Shown in pieces: positions 7,238 to 15,899 of a stretch of 64,000 nt of DNA. The stretch comes from Gemmatimonadales bacterium (GTDB lineage: Bacteria; Gemmatimonadota; Gemmatimonadetes; Gemmatimonadales; JACORV01). Made by a program: the position numbers and the translations under genes. The notes beneath the pieces are model-generated. The model did not search any database and had not been told where the DNA came from. It saw only the letters and a list, made by a program, of their open reading frames with translations. The stretch spans positions 3,152 through 67,151 of the forward strand of contig JBEKVZ010000004.1 in the NCBI GenBank assembly GCA_049513575.1, given 5' to 3'. The number at the start of each line of letters is the position of its first letter. The first letter of the stretch is position 1.

Positions 7238-8542
7238 ATGTTACGCGTGGCTGCTATCGCTCCCGACTCGATCGGCGCCCAGCTCGGCCTCCAACGCGGA
7301 GACGAGCTGCTGGCCATCAACGGCCGCGAGCTGGTGGATTTCCTGGACTGGGAGTTCCTGGCCGCGGACGAGCGGTTCCGTTTGGACACCCGCACAGCGG
7401 CGGGGGCGGCCTGCAGCTTCGACGTCGAGCGCTCCGACGGCGTCCCGCTCGGCGTGGCGCTGGAGCCCCCCAAGATCCGCCGCTGCAACAACCGCTGCGA
7501 CTTCTGCTTCGTGGACGGCAATCCGGACGGGGCGCGGAAGGCGCTCCTGATCCGGGACGACGATTACCGCCTCAGCTTCCGCTACGGGAACTTCGCCACG
7601 CTCTCGAACCTGAAGGACAAGGACGTCCGGCGGATCCTGGGGTACCGGCTCTCGCCGCTCTACGTGTCGGTGCACGCGACCGACCCGGAGATCCGGCGCG
7701 TGCTGCTCCGGAACCCGAAGGCGCCCGAGATCCTGCCTCAGCTCGAGATGTTCGCCGCGGGCGGGATCCAGTTCCACACGCAGATCGTCGTGGTCCCGGG
7801 GGTCAACGACGGGGCCGTGATGGAGCGCTCGCTCAGCGACCTCTACGCCTTCGGGGCGCAGGTTCTCAGCGTTTCCGTAGTGCCGGTGGCGCTGACCGCG
7901 CATTCGAAGCTCGACCTGGTGCGCGCACCGACGCGCGAGGAGGCGCGCCGCGCCCTGCGATCGGTGCAGAAGTGGGCGGCCCGGGCGCGGGGCGAGCGGC
8001 GGGAAGGGTGGGTGTACGGCTCCGACGAGCTCTACATGCTCGCCGGCGAGCCGTTCCCCCCGGCCGACGCGTACGACGACTTTCAGCAGGTCGAGAACGG
8101 CGTCGGCGCGGTGCGCTACCTCCAGAAGCTGATCGCGGATAACCAGGGGGAGCTGGGCGCCGGCGCGATGGCGGGCCAGCGCGTGCTCGTGCTGACCGGC
8201 ACGGCGATGGGTCCGCTGATGAGCGAGGTGCTCGCGTCGCTCGAGCAGGCTACGGGCGCCCGGTTCGACTGCGTCGCGCTGGAGAATTCCTTCTTCGGCC
8301 CGAGCGTCACGACCGCGGGGCTGCTGGCGGGCGCCGACTTTCGGCGGGCGCTGGCCGCGTCGGGGCAGGGGGGGGGCGCGCGCTACGACCTCGCGCTGCT
8401 GCCCGCGGAGTCGGTGAACGACGATGGCGTGTTCGTGGACGACCTCTCGTTCGCGGCGCTCGAGGCGTCGGCCCCGATGCCCCTCAGGCTCTCGTACTAC
8501 TTCACCGACGCCTTGGGGGGGCGCGCGGAGGCCGCGGCATGA
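7238..8542 (+). CDS. DUF512 family protein (PDZ + radical-SAM-like domain)
   Basis: 434 aa. PDZ-like N-terminus (IAPDSIGAQLGLQRGDELLAINGREL) and CNNRCDFC (CX3CX2C). It sits upstream of and is coupled to der (ATGA). Confidence 0.85.
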   Translation: MLRVAAIAPDSIGAQLGLQRGDELLAINGRELVDFLDWEFLAADERFRLDTRTAAGAACSFDVERSDGVPLGVALEPPKIRRCNNRCDFCFVDGNPDGARKALLIRDDDYRLSFRYGNFATLSNLKDKDVRRILGYRLSPLYVSVHATDPEIRRVLLRNPKAPEILPQLEMFAAGGIQFHTQIVVVPGVNDGAVMERSLSDLYAFGAQVLSVSVVPVALTAHSKLDLVRAPTREEARRALRSVQKWAARARGERREGWVYGSDELYMLAGEPFPPADAYDDFQQVENGVGAVRYLQKLIADNQGELGAGAMAGQRVLVLTGTAMGPLMSEVLASLEQATGARFDCVALENSFFGPSVTTAGLLAGADFRRALAASGQGGGARYDLALLPAESVNDDGVFVDDLSFAALEASAPMPLRLSYYFTDALGGRAEAAA

Positions 8543-9867
8543 ACGCCGCGACGGTGGCGGTCATCGGCCGGCCCAACGTCGGCAAGTCCACCCTCTTCAA
8601 CCGGATCGTGGGCGGCCGGAAGGCGATCGTGGACGAGCGCCCAGGCTCGACGCGCGACCGGCACTTCGCCAAGGCGGAGTGGAACGGGCGCGTCTTCTGG
8701 CTGGTGGACACCGGAGGCCTCCTCCCGTTGTCTCCAGAGCCGATGGACGCGGCGATCCGCACCCAGGTCGAGATGGCGGTCTCGGCCGCCGACCTGATCC
8801 TGCTCCTGGTGGACGTCGAGGTCGGGCCTGCGCCGGGAGACCAGGAGATTGCGCAGTACCTGCGGGGGAAGGGGAAGCCGGTGGTGCTGGCGGCCAACAA
8901 GGCCGACGCCCTGGCCAAGGAAGCCCGCCACCTGGTCTTCTACGAGTTGGGGCTCGGCGACCCGATCCCCGTCTCGGCCGCGACCGGAAAGGGCGTCGGG
9001 GACCTGCTGGACGCCGTGACCGCGGAGCTCCCGCCCGGCCCGCCGGCCGCATCCGAGCCCGGCCTGGCCATCGCCGTGGTGGGACGGCCCAACGTCGGGA
9101 AGTCGAGCCTGGTCAACAAGCTGCTCGGGCAGGAGCGCTCGATCGTCGCGGCCGAGCCCGGCACGACGCGCGACGCGATCGACACGCCGCTCAACTACCA
9201 CGGCCGCGTCCTCACCTTCGTGGACACGGCGGGGCTCCGGCGGCGCGGGAAGATCGACGAGGCGGTGGAGTTCTACGCGCTGCTCCGGACGCAGCGCGCG
9301 ATCGAGCGCGCGGACGTGTGCGTGATCGTGGTGGACGCGGCGGAGGGCCTGCACACGCAGGACCTCAAGGTGGCGGCGCAGGCGTGGGACGCGGGGACGG
9401 GGCTGGTCGTCGCGGTCAACAAGTGGGACCTGGTCGAGAAGGACACGAAGACTGCCGAAGAGGGACGCAAGCACGCCGTCGAGCGGGTGCCGTTCCTGGA
9501 GGACGTGCCGTTCGTCTACGTGTCGGCACTGACGGGCCAGCGGGTGCAGAAGGTGCTCGAAGCGGTGGTGGAGGTCGCGGAGGCGCGCGGCGCCCGGGTG
9601 CAGACGGCGCTCGTCAATCGCGCGATCGCGGAGATGACGGCCGAGCGCCAGCCGCCGCAGGCGGGCGGCTCGGAGGTCAAGCTCCTGTACGGCTCGCAGA
9701 TCGGCGAGGCGCCGCCGACCTTCGCCATCGTCGCAAGCCGTCCCGACGAGATCACCGACGCCTATCGCCGGTTTGTGATCAACGGCCTGCGGGCGCGCTT
9801 CGGGTTCCTCGGCACACCGATCCGGGTGAAGTTCACGCGCCGGCGCCGCGGAGGAGTCACGTCGTGA
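8539..9867 (+). CDS. der: ribosome-associated GTPase Der/EngA
   Basis: 442 aa with two G domains (GRPNVGKSTLFNR, GRPNVGKSSLVNK; DTGG, DTAG; NKAD, NKWD) and a KH-like C-terminus. Confidence 0.95.
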   Translation: MNAATVAVIGRPNVGKSTLFNRIVGGRKAIVDERPGSTRDRHFAKAEWNGRVFWLVDTGGLLPLSPEPMDAAIRTQVEMAVSAADLILLLVDVEVGPAPGDQEIAQYLRGKGKPVVLAANKADALAKEARHLVFYELGLGDPIPVSAATGKGVGDLLDAVTAELPPGPPAASEPGLAIAVVGRPNVGKSSLVNKLLGQERSIVAAEPGTTRDAIDTPLNYHGRVLTFVDTAGLRRRGKIDEAVEFYALLRTQRAIERADVCVIVVDAAEGLHTQDLKVAAQAWDAGTGLVVAVNKWDLVEKDTKTAEEGRKHAVERVPFLEDVPFVYVSALTGQRVQKVLEAVVEVAEARGARVQTALVNRAIAEMTAERQPPQAGGSEVKLLYGSQIGEAPPTFAIVASRPDEITDAYRRFVINGLRARFGFLGTPIRVKFTRRRRGGVTS

Positions 9868-10490
9868 TGACTCCCCTGGGCCTTGCGGCAATCGTCTGGC
9901 TGCCGTGCGCCTACCTGCTCGGCGCGATCCCGACCTCGTATCTGGTGGCGCGTGCCGTCCGCGGCGTGGACCTGCGGGAGTTCGGCAGCCGGAACCTCGG
10001 CGCCACGAACCTCTACCGCCTGCTCGGCTGGGGCGGGGCGGTTCCGGTGGCGCTGTTCGATGTCGCAAAGGGCGCGGGCCCGGTGCTTCTCTGGATCGCC
10101 GTCGGGCGCGGACCGGCGTGGTGGGCGCTGGCGGTCGGGTGCGCGGCGGTGCTGGGCCATGTCTTCTCGCCGTTCGTGCGATTCAAGGGCGGCAAAGGGG
10201 TCGCGACGGCGGCCGGCGTCTTCCTCGCCTGCGTCCCGGGGGCGTTTGCCGCCGACGCGATCGTGTGGGTCGGACTGGTGGCTGGGACGGGCTACGTGTC
10301 CGTCGGCTCGGTGAGTGCCGCCGTCGCCTTCCCGGTGCTCGTGGCCGTGCTGTATCCGGGACGCCCCGAGACGCTGTGGGCCGCCGCGGCGGTCGCGGCG
10401 TTCGTGATCTTCAACCACCGCTCGAACCTGCGGCGGCTGAGGGCCGGGACCGAGGCGAGGTTCGGCCGTCGGGGGAAGGCGGCGACGTGA
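9867..10490 (+). CDS. plsY: glycerol-3-phosphate acyltransferase PlsY
   Basis: 207 aa. LGAIPTSYLVARAVRGVDLREFGSRNLGATN and FKGGKGVATAAG. ATG 9867 overlaps the der stop by 1 nt (GTG 9864 is an alternative start). Confidence 0.9.
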   Translation: MTPLGLAAIVWLPCAYLLGAIPTSYLVARAVRGVDLREFGSRNLGATNLYRLLGWGGAVPVALFDVAKGAGPVLLWIAVGRGPAWWALAVGCAAVLGHVFSPFVRFKGGKGVATAAGVFLACVPGAFAADAIVWVGLVAGTGYVSVGSVSAAVAFPVLVAVLYPGRPETLWAAAAVAAFVIFNHRSNLRRLRAGTEARFGRRGKAAT

Positions 10491-11485
10491 CGCGCGCGGC
10501 GGTCATCGGCGCCGGGAGCTGGGGCACGACGCTGGCCAACCTGCTGTGCGGCCGCGGCGAGACGGTGACGCTGTGGGCCTACGAGCCCGAGGTGGCCGAG
10601 GAGATCAACCGCCGCCATCGCAACGACCTGTTCCTTCCCGACGCGCCCCTTTTGCCCGAGCTGCGGGCCACCACCGACCTCCGCGTCGCGCTCGAGGGTG
10701 CGTTGCTCGTGGTCTCCGCCGTGCCGTCGCACGCGGTGCGCCGCGTGATGGCGGGAGCGGCGCCCCACCTCGTGCCGGGCGCGGTCGTTGTCAGCGCGTC
10801 GAAGGGGCTGGAGCCGGACACGCACAAGCGGATGACGGAAGTGCTATCCGAGGTGCTTCCCGGGGCGGCGATCGCCGCGCTCTCCGGGCCGACCTTCTCG
10901 CGCGAGGTCTACGAGCGCCAGCCGACCGCTGCGGTGGCGGCGTCCGGGACGCCGGAGACGGCAGGGAGAGCCCAGCGGGCTATCGCTGCACCGTATTTCC
11001 GCCTCTACACCAACGACGACGTCGTCGGGGTCGAGCTGGCGGGCGCGCTCAAGAACGTGGTGGCGATCGCGGCGGGGATCCTCGACGGGCTGGGGATGGG
11101 CAACAACACGCGAGCCGCGCTCATCACGCGGGGGCTGGCGGAGATCGCCCGCCTCGGCGCCGCGCTCGGAGCCAAGCCGGCGACCTTCGCCGGGCTGGCG
11201 GGGATGGGCGATCTGCTGATGACGGCCACGGGTCCGCTGTCGCGCAACCGCAGTCTCGGGATCGAGGTCGGGAAGGGGAAGGAGTTGGAGGAGGTGCTGG
11301 CCCGCCGGCTGTCGGTGGCCGAGGGCGTCGGAACGGCGCGGGCAGCGGTGGAGCTGGCGGCGACGGTGGGGGTCGAGCTGCCGATCGCGCGGGAGGTGGC
11401 GAGCGTGCTGTTCGAGCACAAGTCGCCGCGCCAGGCGATCGGCGACCTCATGGAGCGCTCGTTGAAGAGCGAGACCTGGAGCTGA
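10487..11485 (+). CDS. gpsA: NAD(P)H-dependent glycerol-3-phosphate dehydrogenase
   Basis: 332 aa. VIGAGSWGTTLA, GALKNVVAIAAGI. GTGA overlap with the plsY stop. Confidence 0.9.
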   Translation: MTRAAVIGAGSWGTTLANLLCGRGETVTLWAYEPEVAEEINRRHRNDLFLPDAPLLPELRATTDLRVALEGALLVVSAVPSHAVRRVMAGAAPHLVPGAVVVSASKGLEPDTHKRMTEVLSEVLPGAAIAALSGPTFSREVYERQPTAAVAASGTPETAGRAQRAIAAPYFRLYTNDDVVGVELAGALKNVVAIAAGILDGLGMGNNTRAALITRGLAEIARLGAALGAKPATFAGLAGMGDLLMTATGPLSRNRSLGIEVGKGKELEEVLARRLSVAEGVGTARAAVELAATVGVELPIAREVASVLFEHKSPRQAIGDLMERSLKSETWS

Positions 11486-11487
11486 CC

Positions 11488-11853
11488 GTGACGGAACCGG
11501 TCCAGGAGTTCTTCTCGATCGGCGAGGTCTGCAGCCTGACGGACCTCAAGCCGCACGTCCTGCGCTACTGGGAGAGCCAGTTCCGCTTCCTGAATCCGGC
11601 CAAGAACCGGTCCGGGAACCGCGTCTACCAGCGGCGCGAGATCGAGCTGATCATGCTGGTGAAGCATCTGCTTTACTCGGAGAAGTACACGATCGAGGGG
11701 GCGCGGCAGCGGATCGAGCACTACCGGCGGACCGGCGAGCTGAAGCCGGCGGCGCGCCGGGCCCTGGCGCTCGAGACGGTGCGCGACCTCCGGGCCGAGC
11801 TGGAGCGCGTGCTGCAGATCCTGAACGGCGAGAACGGGCAGAGCCGTGAGTGA
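11488..11853 (+). CDS. MerR-family transcriptional regulator
   Basis: 121 aa. FSIGEVCSLTDLKPHVLRYWESQF...NRSGNRVYQRREIELIMLVKHLLYSEKYTIEGARQRI. GTG 11488 lies 2 nt after the gpsA stop. Confidence 0.8.
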   Translation: MTEPVQEFFSIGEVCSLTDLKPHVLRYWESQFRFLNPAKNRSGNRVYQRREIELIMLVKHLLYSEKYTIEGARQRIEHYRRTGELKPAARRALALETVRDLRAELERVLQILNGENGQSRE

Positions 11854-12562
11854 CGGCGACGGGACGCCGCCGGCGCTCGCCGTCGTGATCCCCGCCTTCC
11901 GCGCGGCCGCAGTGCTTCCCGGCGTGCTCGAGCGCGTGAAGCAGGCGGCGCCGGGCTCGACGACCGTGGTGGTGGACGACGGCTCGGACGACGACACGGC
12001 CGCCCTGGCGGCGTGCGCCGGCGCCATCGTGCTGCGGCATCCCGCGAACCGGGGCAAGGGCCGCTCGCTCGCCACGGGGCTCGCCGCGGCCGTGGCCGGC
12101 GGGGCGGACGTGATCGTGACAATGGACGCGGACGGCCAACACCCGCCGGAGGCGATCCCGCTGCTGGTCGAGCCGCTCCAGGCCGGCCGTGCCGATCTGG
12201 TCGTGGGGGCCCGCGCGCGCGGCGAAGGGATGCCGGGCTCGAGGAAGATGAGCAACTGGCTCTCGAGCGCGCTGATCTCGCGCGCCGTCGGCTTCCGGGT
12301 CCCGGACTCTCAGTCCGGCTTCCGGGCGATGCGGCGCGGCGTCGCCGCGGTCGTCCGGCCCCGCGGCCACCGCTACGAGTACGAGACGGAGTTCCTGCTG
12401 CTCGCCGCGCGGGCGGGGTACCGGATCGTCGCCGTGACGGTCCCCACCGTCTACGACGGCGCGCCGAGCCACTTCCGCTACGGCGCCGACACGCTCGCCG
12501 TGGCTGCGGTCTTCGTCCGCCACTGGCGTGGGGTCCTCCTCGGACCGGGTACGGCGCGATGA
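11846..12562 (+). CDS. family 2 glycosyltransferase (DPM1/dolichyl-phosphate glucosyltransferase-like)
   Basis: 238 aa. VVIPAFRAA...VVVDDGSDDDT...NRGKGRSL...VTMDADGQHPP. Confidence 0.85.
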   Translation: MSDGDGTPPALAVVIPAFRAAAVLPGVLERVKQAAPGSTTVVVDDGSDDDTAALAACAGAIVLRHPANRGKGRSLATGLAAAVAGGADVIVTMDADGQHPPEAIPLLVEPLQAGRADLVVGARARGEGMPGSRKMSNWLSSALISRAVGFRVPDSQSGFRAMRRGVAAVVRPRGHRYEYETEFLLLAARAGYRIVAVTVPTVYDGAPSHFRYGADTLAVAAVFVRHWRGVLLGPGTAR

Positions 12563-13308
12563 GAATCCTCTGCACGAACGACGACGGCCTCCACTCGCGC
12601 GGGCTCGAGCTGCTGACCGAGCTGTGCGCGGGGCTCGGGGAGGTGTTCTGCGTCGCGCCCGACCGCGAGCAGAGCGCGACGAGCCACTCGCTGACTCTGC
12701 ACCGACCGCTCCGGGCGATCCCGCGCGGCGAGCGTCGCTGGCAGGTGGACGGGACGCCTACCGACTGTGTGGTGCTGGCGCTGGGCGCGCTGCTCACGCC
12801 GCCGCCCGACGTCGTCGTCGCCGGGATCAACCACGGGCCCAACATGGGCGAGGACGTGCTCTACTCGGGCACGGTGGCCGCGGCCATGGAGGCGCAGATC
12901 CTCGGCGTGCCCGGCATCGCCGTGTCGTTCGCCGGCGCGGAGTTCGACCTGATCCCGTCGCATCGCGACGGGGTCCAGCAGTTGCTGCGTCGGGTCCTCG
13001 GCGTCGAGCACCTGCCGCGGCAGACGCTGCTCAACATCAACCTGCCGCCGATTCCGGGTGGGAAGGTGCGCGGCGTCCGCGTCACCACGCTCGGCAAGCG
13101 CATCTACGACGGGTCGCTCTCCCGGATGAAGGACCCGTGGGGCCGCGAGATCTTCTGGATCGGCGGCGGCCGGCTGGACTGGTCGGGCGGGGACGAGGTG
13201 GATTTCAAGGCGGTCGAGGACGGTTACATCTCGGTCACCCCGCTCCACGCGGACCTGACGGGCTACGAGCTGCTGGATTCGGTGCGTTCGTGGCGGCTGG
13301 GCGCGTAG
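12559..13308 (+). CDS. surE: 5'/3'-nucleotidase SurE
   Basis: 249 aa. MRILCTNDDGLHSRGL...VAPDREQSATSHSLT...GINHGPNMGEDVLYSGTVAAAMEA. ATGA overlap with the GT2 stop. Confidence 0.95.
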   Translation: MRILCTNDDGLHSRGLELLTELCAGLGEVFCVAPDREQSATSHSLTLHRPLRAIPRGERRWQVDGTPTDCVVLALGALLTPPPDVVVAGINHGPNMGEDVLYSGTVAAAMEAQILGVPGIAVSFAGAEFDLIPSHRDGVQQLLRRVLGVEHLPRQTLLNINLPPIPGGKVRGVRVTTLGKRIYDGSLSRMKDPWGREIFWIGGGRLDWSGGDEVDFKAVEDGYISVTPLHADLTGYELLDSVRSWRLGA

Positions 13309-13949
13309 CCGACCCCTACGCGGCGCACCGTGCCCGGCTGGTCGCGGCGGTGCGGGCGCGGGGCATCACGGACGCCGCGGTGCTGGACGCGGTCGGCGCC
13401 GTGCCACGGCACCTGTTCGTCCCGCGCGCCCTCGAGCCGCGGGCCTACGAGGACACGGCGCTCCCGATCGGCAACGGCCAGACGATGAGCCAGCCCTCGA
13501 TGCAGGCGCGGTGCCTCACGGCGCTGCGGCTCCGCGGCGCCGAGCGCGTGCTCGAGGTCGGCACCGGCTCGGGATACCAGACCGCTCTGCTGGCCCGGCT
13601 CGCGGCCCAGGTCTTCTCGATCGAGCGCGTGGCCCGGCTGCGGGAGGCGGCGCTGGCCGCCCTCCGGGCGGCGGGCGTCCAGAACGTCTCGCTGCTCCTG
13701 GGAGACGGCACGCTGGGATGGCGGGACTACGCTCCGTACGACGCCGTCGTCGTCGCGGCAGCTTCGCCGGACGTCCCGCAGCCGCTCCTGGATCAGCTCG
13801 CGCCGGGCGGGCGCATCCTCCTCCCGCTGGGCGAGAAGGGCAACCAGGTGCTGACGCTGGTCACCGCGACGGACGGCGGCGCGCGGCGGGAGCCGCTGGC
13901 CGATGCGCGCTTCGTTCCCCTGCTCGGGACGTTCGGCTTCGATGCTTGA
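13290..13949 (+). CDS. pcm: protein-L-isoaspartate O-methyltransferase
   Basis: About 219 aa. VPRHLFVP, QTMSQPSMQA, LEVGTGSGYQTALLA. GTG 13290 is the nearest upstream in-frame start, so the start is uncertain by a few codons. Confidence 0.85.
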   Translation: MAAGRVADPYAAHRARLVAAVRARGITDAAVLDAVGAVPRHLFVPRALEPRAYEDTALPIGNGQTMSQPSMQARCLTALRLRGAERVLEVGTGSGYQTALLARLAAQVFSIERVARLREAALAALRAAGVQNVSLLLGDGTLGWRDYAPYDAVVVAAASPDVPQPLLDQLAPGGRILLPLGEKGNQVLTLVTATDGGARREPLADARFVPLLGTFGFDA

Positions 13950-14580
13950 GCACTTCCTGACCTGGCTCGTGGACACGATCGGCCGGCTGGGCTACACCGG
14001 GATCGTCGTGCTGATGGCGATCGAGTCGTCGGTCGTCCCGCTTCCCTCCGAGCTGGTGATGCCGCCGGCCGGCTATCTCGTCGCGATGGGCCGGATGAAC
14101 GCGGCGCTCGCGATGGGTGCCTGCATCTTCGGCGGCCTGCTCGGCTCGTACGTGAACTACTGGATCGCTTCGCGGGCGGGCCGCTGGGTGTTCGTGCGGT
14201 ACGGACGCTGGGTGCTGGTGAGCGAGCGGTCGCTCGAGCGCTCGGAGCGCTTCTTCCAGAAGCACGGGCCGATCGCCGTCTTCGTCGCGCGCCTCTTTCC
14301 AGTCCTGCGCCACCTCGTCTCGATCCCCGCCGGGATCGCGCGGATGCCGGTCGGCCGCTTCTTCCTCTACACCGGCGCCGGCGCCGGCATCTGGGGTGGC
14401 ATCCTGATGGGCATCGGCTGGGTCATCGGGAAAGAAGGCCAGAGCCTGACGCACGAGAAGGTCGCCCTCTATTCCCATCGGGCCGTCGTCATCCTGATCC
14501 CGGCCGTCGCCGTCCTGATCGCGGCCTACGTCATCCGGCACCGCCGGCGGGTCCGGGCGGAGACGGGAGGGCAGGGGTGA
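13942..14580 (+). CDS. DedA-family inner membrane protein
   Basis: 212 aa. GYTGIVVLMAIESSVVPLPSELVMPPAGYL and ARLFPVLRHLVSIPAGIARM. ATG 13942 is preferred over 13903. Confidence 0.85.
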   Translation: MLEHFLTWLVDTIGRLGYTGIVVLMAIESSVVPLPSELVMPPAGYLVAMGRMNAALAMGACIFGGLLGSYVNYWIASRAGRWVFVRYGRWVLVSERSLERSERFFQKHGPIAVFVARLFPVLRHLVSIPAGIARMPVGRFFLYTGAGAGIWGGILMGIGWVIGKEGQSLTHEKVALYSHRAVVILIPAVAVLIAAYVIRHRRRVRAETGGQG

Positions 14581-14885
14581 CGGGGTCCCCGGTGGGCGGG
14601 GGGCCGCAGCTGGTCGGCCGTCACTGGGTGCTGAAGGGGCGGGTCCAGGGCGTCGGGTTCCGCTGGTTCGTGCTGAACCGGGCCCAGGCGCTCGGCCTGC
14701 GGGGCTGGGTCCGGAACACGGAAGATGGGGCGGTGGAGGTGGTCGCCCTCGCCTCGGCCGCCACGATCGACGCGTTCGACGCAATCCTCGCCAAAGGGCC
14801 GCCGGGAGCGTACGTCGTCGAGGTGGAACGGGATGAAGTTCAACAGGAGCTTGTTGACGGTAAGTCGTTTACTATCAAGCACTAA
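14577..14885 (+). CDS. acyP: acylphosphatase
   Basis: 102 aa. VLKGRVQGVGFRWFVLNRAQALGLRGWVRNTEDGAVEV. GTGA overlap with the dedA stop. Confidence 0.85.
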   Translation: MTGSPVGGGPQLVGRHWVLKGRVQGVGFRWFVLNRAQALGLRGWVRNTEDGAVEVVALASAATIDAFDAILAKGPPGAYVVEVERDEVQQELVDGKSFTIKH

Positions 14886-14935
14886 CACGTTCGGTGCACA
14901 GGCGCGCCGAAGCGCTGTGTGGAGAGAGGGTACGG

Positions 14936-14971
14936 GGTGGAAGTGAGAGGCGAGGTGGAAGTGAGAGGCGA
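14936..14971. repeat. 18-bp direct repeat x2 (GGTGGAAGTGAGAGGCGA)
   Basis: Identical copies at 14936-14953 and 14954-14971. They form the left side of the palindromic structure listed next. Confidence 0.9.
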
Positions 14972-15040
14972 GAAGGCAAGGACGTGAGAGGGCTTGGCCG
15001 TCTCACGTCTTCTCCGTCTCACCTCTCACGCCTTTTCATT
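14961..15040 (+). terminator. long imperfect hairpin plus T-run; probable terminator of the der...acyP operon
   Basis: Left arm GTGAGAGGCGAGAAGGCAAGGACGTGAGAG (14961-14990), loop GGCTTGGCC, right arm GTCTCACGTCTTCTCCGTCTCACCTCTCAC (15000-15029), then GCCTTTTCATT. Confidence 0.5.
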
Positions 15041-15077
15041 CATGCGCCGGCTGGTGACATTGAATGGCTATCCATAG

Positions 15078-15152
15078 GCCCCTGTAGCTCAGCATGGATA
15101 GAGCAGCGGTTTCCTAAACCGTTGGCCGGGTGTTCGAGTCACCCCAGGGGCA
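15078..15152 (+). tRNA. tRNA-Arg (anticodon CCT)
   Basis: Hand-folded cloverleaf. Acceptor GCCCCTG/CAGGGGC, D stem GCTC/GAGC, anticodon stem GCGGT/ACCGT with loop TTCCTAA, T arm GGGTG-TTCGAGT-CACCC, discriminator A. CCA is not encoded. Confidence 0.9.
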
Positions 15153-15191
15153 TCACCTTTCATTGGGCAGTTCAGAGGGACCGAGACGTCC

Positions 15192-15884
15192 ATGGGTGCG
15201 CCGCTTCCAGCTGGCACGACTCCCGCCGCGCAGCGCGACTGGGGTGAGTACGTCAAGACCCACGCGCGCGAGGTGGCCTACGGCGCGGCCGCAGTGGCCG
15301 TCATCGGCGTCGCCGTCTGGCTATACGTCACCTCGGAGGAGCGGAAGCAGGCCTTCGCCGCCCAGGCGCTCTCGCAGGCGCGTGCGGAGGCGGCAGCGGG
15401 GAACCTGCCGCTCGCAGCCAACGACCTCAGCAGGCTGGTGGACCGCTACGGCGGGACCCGCTCCGCGGACGACGCCGCGGTGCTGCTCGACGACGTGCGG
15501 CTCCTCATGGGACGGACCGAGGTCGCGGTGCAGGATCTCCGGAAGTTCGTGGCGCAGAACCACCCCAAGGACATCCTCGCCTCCGGCTGGTCGCTCCTGG
15601 GGGGCGGCTTGGAGAGCGAGCGGAAGTTCAAGGACGCCGCGGCCGCATACCGGAAGGTGGCGGAGGTTGCGCCGCACGACTTCTTCAGGGCGCAGGGTCT
15701 GCTCGATGCGGGGCGCGTGCTGACGATCGCCGGCGACACGGCGGGCGCCCGCGCCGCCTACGGCGAGCTGCTCGAGAAGTACGGCCAGCTGTCGCAGGCC
15801 GCCGAGGCGCGCGTGAGGATGGGCGAGGTCGGAGGCACCGTGCCGGCGACCAAGCCCAAGCCCGGCACGGGTAGCCAGGGCTAG
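15192..15884 (+). CDS. membrane-anchored TPR-like protein (YfgM-like)
   Basis: 230 aa. One TM segment (VAYGAAAVAVIGVAVWLYV) followed by a helical repeat region (...FKDAAAAYRKVAEVAP...AGARAAYGELLEKYG). The functional family assignment is tentative. Confidence 0.7.
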   Translation: MGAPLPAGTTPAAQRDWGEYVKTHAREVAYGAAAVAVIGVAVWLYVTSEERKQAFAAQALSQARAEAAAGNLPLAANDLSRLVDRYGGTRSADDAAVLLDDVRLLMGRTEVAVQDLRKFVAQNHPKDILASGWSLLGGGLESERKFKDAAAAYRKVAEVAPHDFFRAQGLLDAGRVLTIAGDTAGARAAYGELLEKYGQLSQAAEARVRMGEVGGTVPATKPKPGTGSQG

Positions 15885-15899
15885 ACGCCGCCTCGAGAG

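Noticed and set aside
8424-10490. 688-aa ORF spanning der and plsY. Similar giant ORFs occur at 28463..30934, 39466..41757, 15321..16943, 61334..62830 and 55546..56955.
   Set aside because: These are high-GC shadow ORFs in alternate or antisense frames of well-supported genes. Their translations are dominated by R, G, P, A, D, E and H runs with no motifs. Only the 3' part of 8424..10490 (plsY, from 9867) is real.
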